Of a DNA stretch of 64,000 nucleotides, positions 13,279-28,261 are shown one piece after another; within the stretch, counting starts at the first letter, position 1, and each line of letters opens with the position of its first letter. The DNA comes from Geosiphon pyriformis uo1. Lineage: Eukaryota > Fungi > Glomeromycota. The notes under the pieces are model-generated. The model did no database searches. It saw only the letters and a list, made by a program, of their open reading frames with translations, and was not told where the DNA came from. The stretch covers positions 620,001-684,000 of the forward strand of contig JAAOMT010000040.1 in NCBI GenBank assembly GCA_016748015.1. The letters are read 5' to 3'. The position numbers and the translations under genes are program-made.

Positions 13279-15859
13279 CGATTTTATTTTTACTGAATCA
13301 AAAAAAGGTGTAGAAAAATTTTATTTTTTGCAAATTTCAGTGAGAAGTTGTATGCGGTAAATATTCTTTTGAAAGAAGCTTATTTATTACTTTTCATCCG
13401 TTTTTCTTGTGTTATTGATTTAGGAGCTCTAATAACCGATCTATTTTTGTGACCATTGGTCCCATTTTCAATCGGCGACACTGTGGCTTCTTCAATGTCC
13501 ACATTGGATGATCGGTCTCTATTATCCTTGCTAATAAACAAATAAAATTAATTTATTTCTGCTTGATCTACTGGGCACTTGAATTAGACTAACTCTTTAT
13601 GATGGTGCAAGAAATCGGTTATTATATTAATTATACATGAAGAATTTTTTCTTCATCTTCATTTTTGCTTAGCAACTTATCCGCAATGAAATAAAAACAT
13701 GAGCTACGCCCAAAGTTGTTTTGAACTGCGAATCAAACAAAATGTGTGAAACTACCATGAAACATATTGAGATCCTATTAAGGCAATTAATTGATTTTGA
13801 AAGTAGCACTTGATTAAACTTTTAATTTCGTTTTGGATATTTTTAGTAACATTGAAAAACTTTAAATTTTATCAAAGATTCATTCTTGTTTTATAATAAT
13901 ATCGAAAAGTGTTTATCTGCTATAATTTTCCAAAAACTATTGAGTAAAATATTTACAAAATTTAGAAACCAAATAAATTTTATCAATTCACAAACTCTGA
14001 TTATAAATATTAATCACATTTAAGCCTTTATATGTAATTTATTTGATATTTGCAAAATATTTAGTAAATATATAATTTCTAAATATTTTAGTGATATTAA
14101 TTAGGTTGAAATTTTTAGTTTACAAGTGGTTTATAAATAAAGTACAAAATGTAAAGTTTCACAAAATTGGGGGTTTTGAATTTTCTAAGAAAAGGGTTAA
14201 AATGAAAATTGAGAACCTTGAGGTGACATATTTTTATATTAGAAGTTCAATAAGTTTTTTAAAAAAAAATTATTTGATAACTCCAAAACTCAGTTTTTAT
14301 ATTCAAAAACTTCCAAATAACTATATGTAACAAGAAAATTCCAATAGTTAATAAATAAAATAAATGGTTAAAATTTAAACAAATCGAAAAATTTTATTGG
14401 GCCTTTTATTTTATGAATTAAATTCTCAACAAAATTTTTACATTTCAAAAATGAAAGATTTTATTAGAAACGAAATTGGCTCATAAAATTTTAAACTATT
14501 AAAAAAATAGGTCATTCAAACACAGCGAATTAATATGTATGATAGATTTTAACACCAATTCTTCTTATATAATCTCATTAAATACAGTAAAATATATAAA
14601 AAATAATTAAAGTTCAATTTTGAGTTATAGAATCTAAGTATTAAAAGAGAAAATAAAAGTAAACACTTTAACAATTCAAGAATTTCAATTTTTTATGTAA
14701 TAAAAATAGCCAAGTTAATTATTTAAATTGAAAAAAATAAAGTATATATAATTCTTGATAATATCTCATGTAAATGAAGAATGTATAATTTCTAATGGTT
14801 GTCAATTACTTGAAAAAGAATGGAAATTTAATTGAAATCATTTTTTTAACAATGTGCAAAAAAGATTAATTTTTACAATTAAAATATATGGCTCAAATTG
14901 CCATTGAAAAAAAATTCTATTTTTTAACTTAATCAGTTTTTATAAATTTATGATATATATAAAAGTATTTTAAGTCTTGATTTTCTTGGTAATAATATGT
15001 TAAATATAATATATGTAATATTTGAATAAACTAAAACCTTTTAAATTATATTGATATTAAAATTCATAATTTTTTCTATTATTAAATAAAACTACAAAAA
15101 AACATTATTTTTATATTCAAAATTTTTCTTATGGTTTTATTAAAGTTTTATTGGTTAAAATAATATTTTTATGATTTTATTAAAGTTTCATTCGTTGATT
15201 TTAATTAATAGTGTTTTTTTACAAATAAATTTTGGTTTAAAAATGATTATTTAACTCCTAAACTCAAAAAAAGAGCAAAACCTTAAAATACTTCAAATCT
15301 ATTATTCATTTAATTATTTTGTATATTCAAGATATAACTCTTTAATATCTATTAAAAGCGTTTTAATTTAAATATTGAATATTTTTTACTTCCCTTATTT
15401 TAAATGTGATTAAGCAGAATCTGTAGAATTTTTTAATATATTCTCTGAATAATTGTTAATAGATAATGTTATTTTGATTTTTATATCTTTTTTATTAAAC
15501 AGATTTAGACAAAGTTTTATTATCGAGCCTATCGAGAACTGGATTATTAAAAGACTTGAAATTTGCCACTGTCCAGATCTAAACGTACTCATAAAATCTT
15601 TGATGATTAGCCTGGTTAGTAGAATGAAATTTAGTAATAATATTATACAGTTTCCTAAAAAATATATCTCATTTGAAATTAATATATTCTATCTTTTGGT
15701 TGTTTAAAACGCTTTAAAAGAAAATTAGCTATTGCTTGATTTTTTAATTTAATTTGAAGATTTTCTCGATTAATAGATTAAAAGTCATTTTGTTTTGTGT
15801 TTTATAAATCCTAATTTTTTTTATTAATTTGAAATAAACATTTTAAATATTAGTAATAT

Positions 15860-15960
15860 TTTCTAAATTTTATATTTTTGACAATCAAAATGATGAAGTC
15901 AGATATCACTAAGGTTTAATGAAATAGAGCATAAAAAACCAAATGTTGGATCATGTAACT
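15860..15960 (+). repeat. Dispersed non-coding repeat, copy 1 (homologous to 54900-55050)
   Basis: Shared TAAATTTTATATTTTTGACAATC ... AAGTCAGATATCAYTAA ... CATAAAAAA ... GATCATG. Confidence 0.7.
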
Positions 15961-16322
15961 GGTGGTTTTTAATTATAACATCTTTTTGATTATTTTTATT
16001 GAATTATTTGAAAAAAACTTTGGCTATTGTTGCATCGAAATATTTAAGCCAAACTATGGATAGAACTATTACAGGGATTGCAGCCAATGAATTTAATGAA
16101 ATGCCTACAAAATTAAGTGTATTTGTTAGCAAACTCAATTTATAACTGAATTTATTAGTTTTTAAAATCATCTTACACATAATTTCATAATTATGTCTTC
16201 TTCAAAGTTATATCCATAAAAGAATGCACATGTTAAAAGAACCCAACCACAAGGGCCTTATAATTGCAATCAAAAAAATCTAAGTTAAAAAACTTAACTG
16301 AAAAAATTTCAAGAAAGTTTAC

Positions 16323-16900
16323 TTGGAAAAATTGGTCTTGGAGCATATAATCAAAATCAATTGGAAACAACTGAAGATCAGGAAAAGTGGGAAACTGAGT
16401 CCACAAACAAGTATTGGAACATATTATCGAAATAGATGGGAAATAGTAAAAAATCTAGAGGAAACATTTCAATTCTATTTAAAAAGAGCAGAAAAGGGAA
16501 ATGAAAATGCACAATGTAACCTTGGATGGTGTTATCAAAATGGATGAGGAACCAAAAAAAACCTTAAAAGCAGCAGGAGCAAATAACTTGTGTTATCAAA
16601 GTGATTTTCCTGATTTTAGTGACCATAATCTTACTTTTAAAAGATCAAGATAATCTGGAATATATTATTTTGCAATTGCAAAATTAAGGCTTTAAATACT
16701 TAGATAATTTGAAAAGAGAATTTTTCGATTTTGAAGCTTTCTTTGACCAGCTCTCAGATAAATTCAAGTGTATTAAATGTGCAACTTGTATATAATCATT
16801 AATGGATCTTCTATATGTGTATTTTGTGATACAGATAAAAGGGAGGATATCTTCAAAGCCGGATTGCTGAAATGTCTAGAATGCTGGGATTATAGTCTTC
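16323..16900 (+). pseudogene. Degenerate Sel1-like-repeat/kinase-family gene fragment (paralog of 36775-38560)
   Basis: AEKGNENAQCNLGWCYQNG* is a Sel1-like repeat; 16670-16885 aligns by eye with 37180-37380 (GAAGCTTTCTTT.ACCAGCT.TCAGAT..AAGTGT.TTAAATGTG; TTGC.GAAATGTC.AGAATGCT); multiple stops. Confidence 0.8.
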
Positions 16901-17199
16901 AGACTTGGTAAATAAAAACTTAATATAAAATTGTAATTAAATCTTAAATGGTGAAACAACCAAAACCTTCATCAATTAAGACAAGACTTTTTATTATTCG
17001 AACTCAAGAAAACTTTATAAATTCAGATTAGCATCTAAAGGTTGCGATGTTAAAAATCGGATGATCCCATCAAGTCTTTTCAAATAAAATTAATTTTCCA
17101 TTTTTGAAGATTCCTATTGTTTCCAAATGTTGTAGAGCTCATGAGATTTAATAATATTTCAACTCGGCCACAAGACACTTGTGGTTACAAAGAAATTTT

Positions 17200-20100
17200 A
17201 TTTTAATAAATAACTTTATTGCATAACTTTTAATTTGAGGAAAATGATAGTGTGTGGTTTATTTAAAATTTATTGATATTAATTATTTTTCATTGGCATT
17301 TGAACTATATTTAATATTTAGAATTACCATTTTAATTGATATATATATTATTAAACATTCAAAAATTATGAACTAAAATATATGTTAAGTAATATTTAAT
17401 AATAATTTTTATAAATATTTAAAATTTCTTTTTATGCGTTAATTTTTTTTAATAATCTATTTTCATTATTATAATTAATTTTTTAAAAATAAAATATTTG
17501 TATTACAAAAACTGTTTTCAAAATTAGTATAAATTTTATTAGAATTAATAATTAATTAACTTTAAATTTTTTTAACAAATATTAATAATTTCACAGATTT
17601 TTTTAAATAATTAACTAAATTAGTTATAATTAAAATTATATTTTGTTTTTGTTTTTCCAAAAAAAATTTTATGTATATATTAAATTTAAATAAAATTATT
17701 GCAGACTAAATAGTAACTTAAACATAAAAACAAAACTAATAAAACAGTTTATAACAATTTTTTAAACATAAATAATTAATAATAGTTTTATTTAAACCAG
17801 AAAAAAACAGTTTTATAAATTAATTCAAATTACATTATATTAAAAAAATTATAATTTTATTATTAATATATATATTTTTTTAATTTAATACAATACAACA
17901 ACCAAGTATTTTAAATTAAATATAACTTATGTCTTTTTTATTTACAACCAACCATATTTATTTATATTTATATATTTATTGTTTTTATTATTAAAACGTT
18001 TTATTAAAACAATAACTTTAACAAAATATAATCTTTTTATTATCTATTTTAATTTAAAAAAGTATTATAATTATAAATATAAATTACATAATTTTAATAT
18101 ATATTAATCATTTAAACTTATATTAAAAATTATATTATATTAATTAAATAATAAAAAACCAAATTAAAGTAATTATTTTATATATTATATAACTTATATT
18201 TTTATTATATGTAATTAACTTATATTTTTATTTAATGAATAAAGCCCAATTACTATTTAATATACAGAAAAAACTAAGTATTCACAACTAAATACAATTC
18301 ATATATTTACTATATATAATTAACTATTTGGACCAATTAAGACAATATTATATAATTATATATAATATTTTTATTCAAACTTGAAAAAAAAACAAAATTT
18401 TCATAAACCAAATTTTACTATAAAAATTTCAACAATACCAAGCATATAAACCACATTTTTTAATAATTTAACAGACAAACCATTTTATAAGTATAATATA
18501 ATACTTAGAAATCTAATAAATCAAACCGAATTGAACTTTGAATACTATTCAAGTTTAATTTGAATTATAAACTAAACTTGAACTTTTTTGGCAAGTTTAG
18601 GTTTGGTTTAAAGTCTATAAACTTGTTTGAGTTTGATAAAATTAAAAAATATATATTTTTTGTATTATTTGTTTATCAATTATTACTTTGTTTAATTACT
18701 ATGATCAGTTAAAAAAATATATAAAACTATACATATATAACAATTCTACTCTTTAATTTACTAAAATGAATCTATTGTCTAATGTTACTGAAGATTCAAA
18801 ATCCGAAATAATGGAATTTGATAATTCAAATAGTCCAAATATTAATATTTCTGGTAAACATAATTTTTAGAGAAAGGTATGAAATTATTTTAATAAGTTT
18901 GAATGAACAAAAAAAAACAGCTAAATATATAGTCTCAAAATATGTGCATAAACTATTTTTTTATAATATTTTGGCTAATTTGACTAGAAAACTGCATTTA
19001 AATTATTATTTTTATTAAAAATTCGATATTTTGACACATTAAACACAATTTTCTCATCTTGCATATATGGCTCATAATTACTTGGCAATTTAAGGAATAT
19101 CTGTTGTTTTTGAATGTGTTTTTTCTGTAGATAAAAATATTATTGCAGATATAAAGTCTTGTTTAGTGCCTAAACTATAAGAGCAGCATAGTGTTTTTGA
19201 TCATAGATGTAAAGACAATTAAAAGAAAAATCAGTTAATAATATAACATATTTTTAATAGTCGAACCTAAATATGTTCACAAACTTTGAATCAAACTTGA
19301 ATCAAATTTGTTGTTTGGATTCGAGTTTGGTTTAGGTTCAGTAATTTTAAGTTCCGTTTAAGTTCAAATTTAAAATTTAACCAAAATTTCTATTCGAGTT
19401 TATTTCAATTGAATTTGAACCAAACCAAACTGAATATTAAAACTCTAACAATACTATTATTACTTACCAATCTATTTTTTTTACTATTGTTCTAAACTTA
19501 GATTTGTGCAATTAAATTTTTTCTTTTTGATCTATTATCAGCTGTTACATAAAAGTTATAAGTTTAATAGCCACTTTTTTTGTATCTCCAAAAACCAAAC
19601 CAGTCTTATTATACCAATTTTTCAAAATTATAATCTTATAAAAAATGATATACAGGTTAATATTAAACACATTAAATATTAATATTTACAAGACTAATAA
19701 TAACAATATATAAACATCAGCCAAAACTTTCTAATGATTTATGTGTTTTAATATAATTTTTTTATGAATATTTATATTTTTTTAATATGTAAAAACATGA
19801 TTTAAGAATTTTATTTCTGTGCAATACAAATATTAAACACTTTGATAAGGTTTATTTTAAGTTTTTTTTGACCCTTATTAGTAATTACATATAGACAGCT
19901 TTCATCATATAGTATATACAAACTAATAAAAGTTCTACTAATAAAGTTAAAAAGCATATGCAAATTAAAATGTTATACTATTGTTATGTGATTTTAATTT
20001 ATGTTTTAAATAAGTGAGTTTATTATTATTTTTAATTTAAGTCCAGATTTCTAATAAGCATATTATATAGTTTTGTACATATTTTTAACAAAATAATAGA

Positions 20101-21320
20101 TATTCTAAAAACACAAATATTATATATCAAAATATACTATTTATTAATAAAAATATTAAATTCAAAAACAATAAAACTGCTTTATCTGCAAGCATATCTG
20201 TTTATTTATTCGCAAAGTGTTCTTTAATTTTAGACTAAATTACTAATATATTTTTTTTATTTGTCAAGTTGACTATATATTATTGCTTAATTCAGCAATA
20301 ATTACAAAAATCAGATAAAACCAAATAATACTTAACATAATATATATTTAGAACTGTTTAACTGTTCAAAAAAATTAATTATTATTATACTAAAAGTTAA
20401 CATATATTCTAAAGTCAATACTATAACTTACAACTCAATTAGCATTGAAAAAACCAGATTATGAATTTTGACATTAATTTTTAAGTTTAAATTGATAAAA
20501 TAAATCATTATATCACAAATTATCTTAGATGAACTCAAATTTTTTAATGAATTATCTGTGAAAATATTAATAACTTCAAAGCTTGTATTTTGTAAAAAAA
20601 TTTTTGTATTGTTTCAAAACTATTTAAAAAACAAACATTTTGCTAATAAGAGTCAAAAACTGTATCAAACTTTAAAATAACAGAACTAGTTGTGTACATA
20701 AAGTCAACAACCAATTTAAACTACCAAAATATAAGACTTTATAGATTTAATCTTTTCTACTTACAAAAAGTTTTCCAATATTTTTGTTTTTTATGCTTAA
20801 AAAAATGCTATTTAATTTTTTTTACTTTTAATAAAATCTTTTAAATAATAAAACTGTTTAAAAAAATAAAAATTGCTTATTTTATATTCTTTGTTTTAAT
20901 TGTAATTATAAAAACATTTAAATTATTTTTTTAATAATATATATACAGATTTTTCAAAAACCAAATAAAAACAAATTTCTATTTTTTACCAATTAATTAG
21001 TTTAATGAAATTTTTTTATATAAATAATTTAATAAATATGTTAATAAAACCAAAAAACAGTATTATAAGCAAAAACCAAGTAATTTAAAAATTTGTATTT
21101 GTAATAATATTAACAATTAAGAGTTTTTTTTAATTTTTTTTTAAGATATAAGTTTATAAAAGTTATAATTAAAATTAAGCAATTAAAAAAAATAAAAAGA
21201 AGTTTAATTATAAATTTAAATAATTATGTTATTAATTTTATAAACAATATAGCCAAAAAAAATTTAAATAATTTGGTTTTAAAAACGTTAAAAAAAAAGA
21301 ATTAAATTTAAGGCTAGAAT
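17200..21320. other. Extremely AT-rich, GC-eroded tract (probable decayed TE DNA) hosting the hAT insertion
   Basis: Almost no CpG; residual C/G mostly in AC/ACCA/GC/TGGT contexts; no credible ORFs. Confidence 0.6.
18506..19447 (+). mobile_element. Internally deleted hAT DNA transposon with TIRs and 8-bp TSD
   Basis: Termini TAGAAATCTAATA / (rc) TAGAGTTTTAATA. TSD ATAATACT (18498-18505) vs ACAATACT (19448-19455). Subterminal (AAC/TCGAA/GGTTT)-like repeats. 19043-19210 encodes a decayed hAT C-terminal dimerisation domain: QFSHLAYMAHNYLAI*GISVVFECVFSVDKNII..CLVPK/TIRAA*C. Confidence 0.9.
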
Positions 21321-21340
21321 TCTATTTATATGGAATTCAA

Positions 21341-24300
21341 TTAATTCATCTCCTGAGGTTTATCCGTTTGTTTTTGAACATGGAACCAAATAAAAACGCG
21401 ATAAATTAGTGAAATTAAATTCATGCTCAAAATTATTGAGCTCATAGTAAGACTTATTAGAGGAATAATATTATATGCAAAGGTATTTTGACGATAAAAA
21501 ACCTATTTGAAAATAATTATATAAGATATTTAATCTAATTAAGCATTGAAAATTTCATTTAACTAAAACGTACCTGAATTATAAATTGTGGAATATCTTC
21601 AATGAAGATATTAATACCACTACCCCAGAAGATTAAATATTCAACTCTTTTGGATATTGGGGCATTGAAAAGTTCAAAGTTAGCGTATTTCGAATAGAAG
21701 AGATTTAGGACATCAATATCGGCAGCAGAGAGCAGAGTAAATAACGCAGCGGGTTTTGCATGTTTCTGTAACCACAAAACATATTCATCATTTATGGTAA
21801 TCTCTGTAATTACGATGTACGCTGCTAGTCCACTATTAAAAAGAAAAGATATAACTAGGAAAAGAATGCTAATTGATAAAAGTATTAATAAGATTTTTGC
21901 AGATTTTAAGGAATTTACTAAAGATTTGAAAAATTTGAGGATTACCTTGGTAAATATAAATCTCTCACATCTTTTCCATTATTTACAACAAATATGATGT
22001 CGACTACAACATCGACTAGAATCAATGTAATAGAAACAAAGATAAAATTTTTACCCTAATATTGTAAAAGTTATTAAATATTTGTGTGTAATTTTAAATT
22101 TCAAACCAGCAATAATTCTAATATAACTATAAAAAAGTTAAATACCTCGGAATTTTTCTTTCTTCCTATAAAATATAGAGCCATTAATATTATTGCAATA
22201 ACAGCAATTGCAATTAAACTTAATTTATATTCTTCCCAAATATTAGCTAAAGAAATAGAACAATGTATTAGATGATATGTAATTTAATAGAAATCAAGTG
22301 TTGAAGATTATATTATGATCACTCACGTTTAACTTGGAACCCATAATCCTCATCTAAAAAACCTGTATGTGAATAATTGCTAATAGGACTGAGCCATTTA
22401 TTTTTAACCATTGTATCGAGATTATTTGCAATTTCCATAGGATTTCTTTCCAATTTATCGTTTATTGAAGATATTTTGAGTTGTAATATTTCGTAACCTG
22501 CTGATCCTGATTTATCAGTCTTATGATTAATGATTTCGATACGATCCCTTTCGACTGGAATTGTTAAAGCCAATTGATCTTCAAGTGTCTCGAAAAATCC
22601 ACTGCTGTTTCTACTTTCGGTGAAATTCGAAGTTCCATTTGTATTCAGACGCAAAAGTCCAGTCAGGGTAGCTTAAATTAATAAATATTATGTATTTTAG
22701 TTAGACAGCGACTTCCATAATTTTCAAATAGAAAATAAGCAATAAACCTTCTTACCTGCATGAATGCTTTCTCCTGCTTCTAAACAAACGAACGAACGAA
22801 CGAATGAATGAATGAATGAATGAATGAATGAATGAATGAATGAATGAATGAATGAACGAACGAATGAATGAATGAATGAATGAATAATTAATTATTAAAT
22901 TTTAAAATGAATTTCCTAGAAAGCAAAAAAAATAAAAAATGGATATTTACTTGTTTTAAATTGCCAAATATTTCTACGGATTCCCTTAATGGCTTCATTA
23001 TAATTTGCATCTTTTACAAAATTATTATCGACGACTATAAAATAAACTTGATCTGGTTGATTAAATGTGCTTTCTAATAGTTTCACTATGATTGTTTTCT
23101 TATCCGAACCCACACGACAATTTATTCCAGAGATACTTTGTCGTATAATTGGTATAGTATCATTTCGATAAATAGAAATATTGTTGTTATTGTTGTTTGA
23201 TAATGAGATTTCATTAGAATAAGTGATATTTATTTCGCCCAACCCCAATGGAATTATCGTATTACGAGGAGGGTAAGTAATTTCGATCAAAGGATTTTCA
23301 TATCCAGTGTCTATTAAAATAAAAAATTAATAAAAATTATGAAACTCTATAAAAATATCACCATTCAATCTTACCGTTTTTTAAAAAATATGGTAAATTT
23401 TTGGAATATATTGTAATATTGTTATCCCCTATTGTAGCAGTTAAGAAAATATTGTTTGGTAAGATAATCCAAGAAGGTGGCCAACTTTGGAAATTTTTTA
23501 AAATGCTCGAAATGTTCCATGAATCCCTCTGTTTTCCAAATTGGTCACTTAAAGTAAATTGGTAACTTGAAGTATATGTATAGGTTTCAGTAATTTTTCC
23601 CCCATAAGGCAGTGGATATTCCCATAGTACCCGATCTGATTGCCCAGATTCATAAATCGTGTCATATTTTAACACTGCTCCACTTTGAAGAAATGATATT
23701 GTAAAGCCAGATACTTTTTCAATTCCAGATTCCGTTGTATTTTGATATATGGAACAATAATAACCCAAACCATCAATTTGAGCACCACATAGTTTGATCC
23801 ATAAACCCTTTGCGTCATATTGATCGAGTAGAAAATGAGGACCAAAATCAGTTCTTTTTGGCTCCCAAAATGTGACATATACCGAATATTTTGTTATGTT
23901 TATACTAGGAGAATCAATAATGGGAGAATTATTAACAATATATACATATCCAAAGCCTCCTTCAGTTGTGGCAAATAAGGAATTGGAGTCTGGATACGAT
24001 GTTAAATTTCCTTTTAATTCAAGCTGTTTAGGACCAAAAATTGGGTTGATATTTTGATTGAATTCAGTCCTAGATATAAATTGAATGTTGAAGATTATTG
24101 GGATTTATATATTAAATATTTTCAAATCTTATATTTATTAACTTACGGAATATTATAAATAGTCCATTCGATTTTTGTATTATTATTTTTTTTCGAAATA
24201 AGAAATTTATCATTTTGGATATTACTTTTTATCAACCCTGATTCTATACCACTAGATAAATCATTATTCATTATCAATATTAATTTTTATTTTTAAAATT

Positions 24301-24717
24301 AAGCAAATTTTATTTTAAAGAGTTATTTAATAAAAACCTCTGAACTAATGTTCCATTCCATAAGAATATTTTTCCTTGATTTCCATATTCTACAAAAAGA
24401 TAATTAGAGTTAAGAGGATAAATATAAGTTATATTACTCTTGTCTCCATAATTTTTTTCTTCGGCTCGAGATAATTGACCATCAGGCGTGAGCTTAAAGT
24501 ATGTGGAAACCCTGTTATAATTATCAGTACACCCAAACATATTTCCATTTTGCCAAAAAGAAATTATTTTTTTAATGTAATTACATCCCTTTGAATCAAT
24601 TGGGTATACTGTTTCATTAATTAATGAACTCTTAATGACTAAAGTAAAAAAAGATAAAAAAATTGAAATAATTAAAAGGTAATTTTTAAAATAAACGACG
24701 GAGAAAAATTGCTTCAT
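21341..24717 (-). CDS. Large multi-exon membrane protein: signal peptide, beta-rich ectodomain, Ig-like (Big_5/SbsA-like) module, SEA-like juxtamembrane module, multi-TM XK/Xkr-like region (EDIPQ motif); paralog 1
   Basis: Ten exons join in frame via GT-AG from ATG 24717 to TAA 21341-21343 with no internal stops. Motifs TTEGGFGY, YPPRN..INITYSNEISLS..STFNQP..VDNNFVK..IWQFKT, GLLRLN, LVDVVVDIIFV, FIEDIPQFIIQV. Collinear with 56114-59426. Domain names are inferred by eye. Confidence 0.9.
22786..22886. repeat. Intronic (GAAC)/(GAAT)n tetranucleotide microsatellite
   Basis: Long AACG/AATG array next to a 24-bp microexon (KAGESIHA). Confidence 0.95.
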
Positions 24718-25132
24718 TGTTTGAAAGAAGTTATTTTTCTTTACAGAATGATTTTTTTTGAATGGGTTGGTTTTTTTGTTTTACCCCAAATTTTATTCTT
24801 TAAATATTTTATCATCGGATATTTTAAAATCAAATATAGTTAAGATTACCATTATATTATGCAAGATATTTCATAAATATTTATTATTATAGTTTATGAA
24901 AAAATAATTTTGTGGAAACTCAATATTATATCTGAAAATATTATTTTAACTTTCAAGTTAACCAACTAGGATTAGAGTTTATAAAAATTTAAATAAATTT
25001 ATTCAATCAAAAAATAACTGTCAACTTCAATTTTACAGAAGGAATAAAATTTTATCGTTTTTACCTTTGTTATAAAATAAAACCACAATATTTAAATATC
25101 AAGTTTTGAATAAAGATAACTTAGTAATTTCT

Positions 25133-25255
<123 letters not shown>

Positions 25256-28200
25256 CTAACTGATAGCAAAAATTTAAAATATGATTATTTTATTTATTCT
25301 TTAAAGAACAAATTTCTAATTATTGTGTGTTGATTATCAGGATGGGATTATCTATAATATTCAATTAAATGTCGATTATAAGATAAGATTTTAATAGGTT
25401 ATCTCTTTTATAGATAAACTTTATCTTGAATCTATATCCAATTCTTTCAGATACACAATAATTATATGAATGATGCATTCTTGGTAAAAAAAAAATTGAT
25501 ATTTAGATATATTTAATAAATAAAACACAATATTTTTATTTCAAACTAATAATTAATAAGATAAGCTAATCGTGTAGAGTATAATATTAAAACAAAAGAT
25601 ATTTAAATTCAAACAAAATTTTAAAGATTTGTAAATTTAGTTTTTCAAATTATTATATTAGTAATGAAATCATATTTTCGAAATTTAGAATCTTTTGCTT
25701 AAGAGCACTATTTATGAATATTTCGAAACACAATATCTCAATTAGTACAAAAATTCTTATCACTCCTACTGCGACTGATAGATAGATTTATAACTAAAGT
25801 TATGTTTGTTACTGTTAATGATGAAAGAAGAATACCTTTTTACATTATGAGATGTGGTGTTTGATGTGCAAAATAATGATATTTAGTACATTTATCTATT
25901 AAAGTAACACTTAAGTTAGATCTTATACCGGATATTTGTCCTTTCATTGAGTGAAAAGACCATATCATTACTGAAGCTAACGTGTTTAGAATGTAAAAAT
26001 CATTATAATAGTAACATCTGGATTTAACCAGTGTGATAAAGTATTATTGAAATAACTCTTAAAAATAAATCTGCTTAATTTGATCTATTTAATACTTTAT
26101 AAAGTGATATGAAATTGGTTAGAGGAAAGAAACTTATAATAGAAAAATATACAAGAAGACAATAATAAAAACCCCCAAATAGGGTATATTCAATAACCTT
26201 ACATATTTAAAATTTATTTCAATAAAAAAATATTAAACTAACATATAGTTCTATAAAATTTGAATTTGCCGCGTCTTTAATTACAGTTCTCATCTTTTAG
26301 ATTATCATATATTACACTAAAAATGCAAATTTAAATATAAAAATAAAAATAATAATCAATAATATTTACATAATTTTTACATAAATTTTCTAAGAAATGT
26401 ATGATTTTCTTTTTTTTAAAATCAAATTTTCGCAAGATTGAACAATTTAACGTGATTAAACTTTATTTTAAACCTTAAAGTTCCCATTCTGCTACGTTAA
26501 TTGGTAGCCATTATTTTTACGATTAAAAAACCGTGATAGGACCTTGGATATAACACAACAATTCGATGTTTTCTTAAGATCGTGGAAAAAAGTTGAGTCT
26601 TCAAATACTGAAGGTGAAATAGGAATTAGTTCAATACCTCAAAATTCTTTATTTTATTTGAAATAATATTCCTATTCTACGAAAAGATAGTTAGAACTTT
26701 TTTATTTTTTCTATCCTTTGAATAATCAATTGGGTGGGCGGTGTATACCATTGATTGATGCTAGAAATTTCTTGATAATTAAAAAACTTATTTTAAGTTA
26801 AATCAGAATCAGAAATGGAATTTTTTTATTATTCGCTTTTTTAGGTCGGGCTAAATTTTAAATCACCCAATTATTTAAAAAAAAAAGTATAATCTTTTTC
26901 GAAATCGGTAAATAATATAAGAATGATTTAAAATTCATATAGAAAAGCAGCTTTATTTTGTATTAAAAAATAGCAACAAGACAATGAAGGACTTTTAATC
27001 ATAAAGGATATAATTAATTTAAGTTAAATTGCATATTAAAACAAATAGTAAATTACTTAATTATAATTATATATTGTATTGTTGTATTTTTATCTTAATT
27101 AATAATTATAATTGAATTTAATAATTATCATTAATATTATTATTTTAAAAACATTATATTTATTTGAATGTATTAATTATAGCCTAAAAATATGCCAAAA
27201 AAATATTATATATTAAATAATACTTTATTTAAATCCTTAAAAATCAACTAATTTACTTTGTAATCAAATACCTTAACTATATTATCAAAACTATTCTTCA
27301 ATATAGCTGTTTTATTTAATACTTATTTATTATTAGTTTTAATTACACTTATCTTTTTTGTATTAGTCTTAATCTTCTTACAAGTTTTATAATTTTTAGC
27401 TTTACTAATTTGCAATTTTTTTAAAATTTTAAGATCTTAACATACCACTTTTTAAACAAAAAACTCTTAACCTATATTTTATAAAAACTATTATTATTAT
27501 TATCTTTTATATTTTCATCTTTGTATTTAAGTATTAAATTTTTTAATTGTCATATTTAATCGATTTAAAAAAATTTAACAAAATACTTGAGATACTAATA
27601 ATGCAACAAAATAAAATAATCATACTTCAATATTATAGAAATGACTATGTCTTATTCTTTAAGTTTATACCAAACAGTTTTTCTAAATGAAAATAAAAAT
27701 TAAGTAAAATATATATAAAATTTATCATATTTATTAAAAAAATTAATAAACTATAAATATTTTAAAAGCTTTATACTTAATTAAATATAATAATAACATT
27801 TTTTAATAAAAATTAAATTTTAATATTGGGAAAAAATTTTGGTTTTACTTTATTAGAGATTTTAATATAATAATATGATCTTGTATATTAAATTTCTAAT
27901 ATAATAACATGTACTACTTATATTAGATCATAAAAATATTGTATTAATTTAAAATAACTTTTTGTAATAACTTACTGGACTTACTGAGAATTCTTATACA
28001 AAAACTTGTTTCTGAATTATCGTTATAACCAATTAGTTATTTTGTTTTTAAATGTTTTTTGCCATTAATGCGATAGTTTTTGAAAATATTTTCAACACTA
28101 GGATTATGCTAATTTAATATTACTATAGAAATTACTATTCATGCCATTTAATTTTGAGATGATATTGTCATATGGATGTGCTATAACAAAACCAGACAAA

Positions 28201-28261
28201 GTGAACATGTGACATCATTAGTAGTGGCTTGATAAAAATTTTTGAGTCTCGAAGTGCAAAA

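Noticed and set aside
11522-15707. Several 60-85 aa I/K/F/N/L-rich ORFs (11522, 12407, 14091, 15410, 15453)
   Set aside because: Mostly non-ATG starts, and composition typical of random AT-rich DNA
21794-24057. Short plus-strand ORFs (21794, 22084, 23872); likewise 58819-59067 minus
   Set aside because: Antisense to exons of the EDIPQ membrane-protein genes
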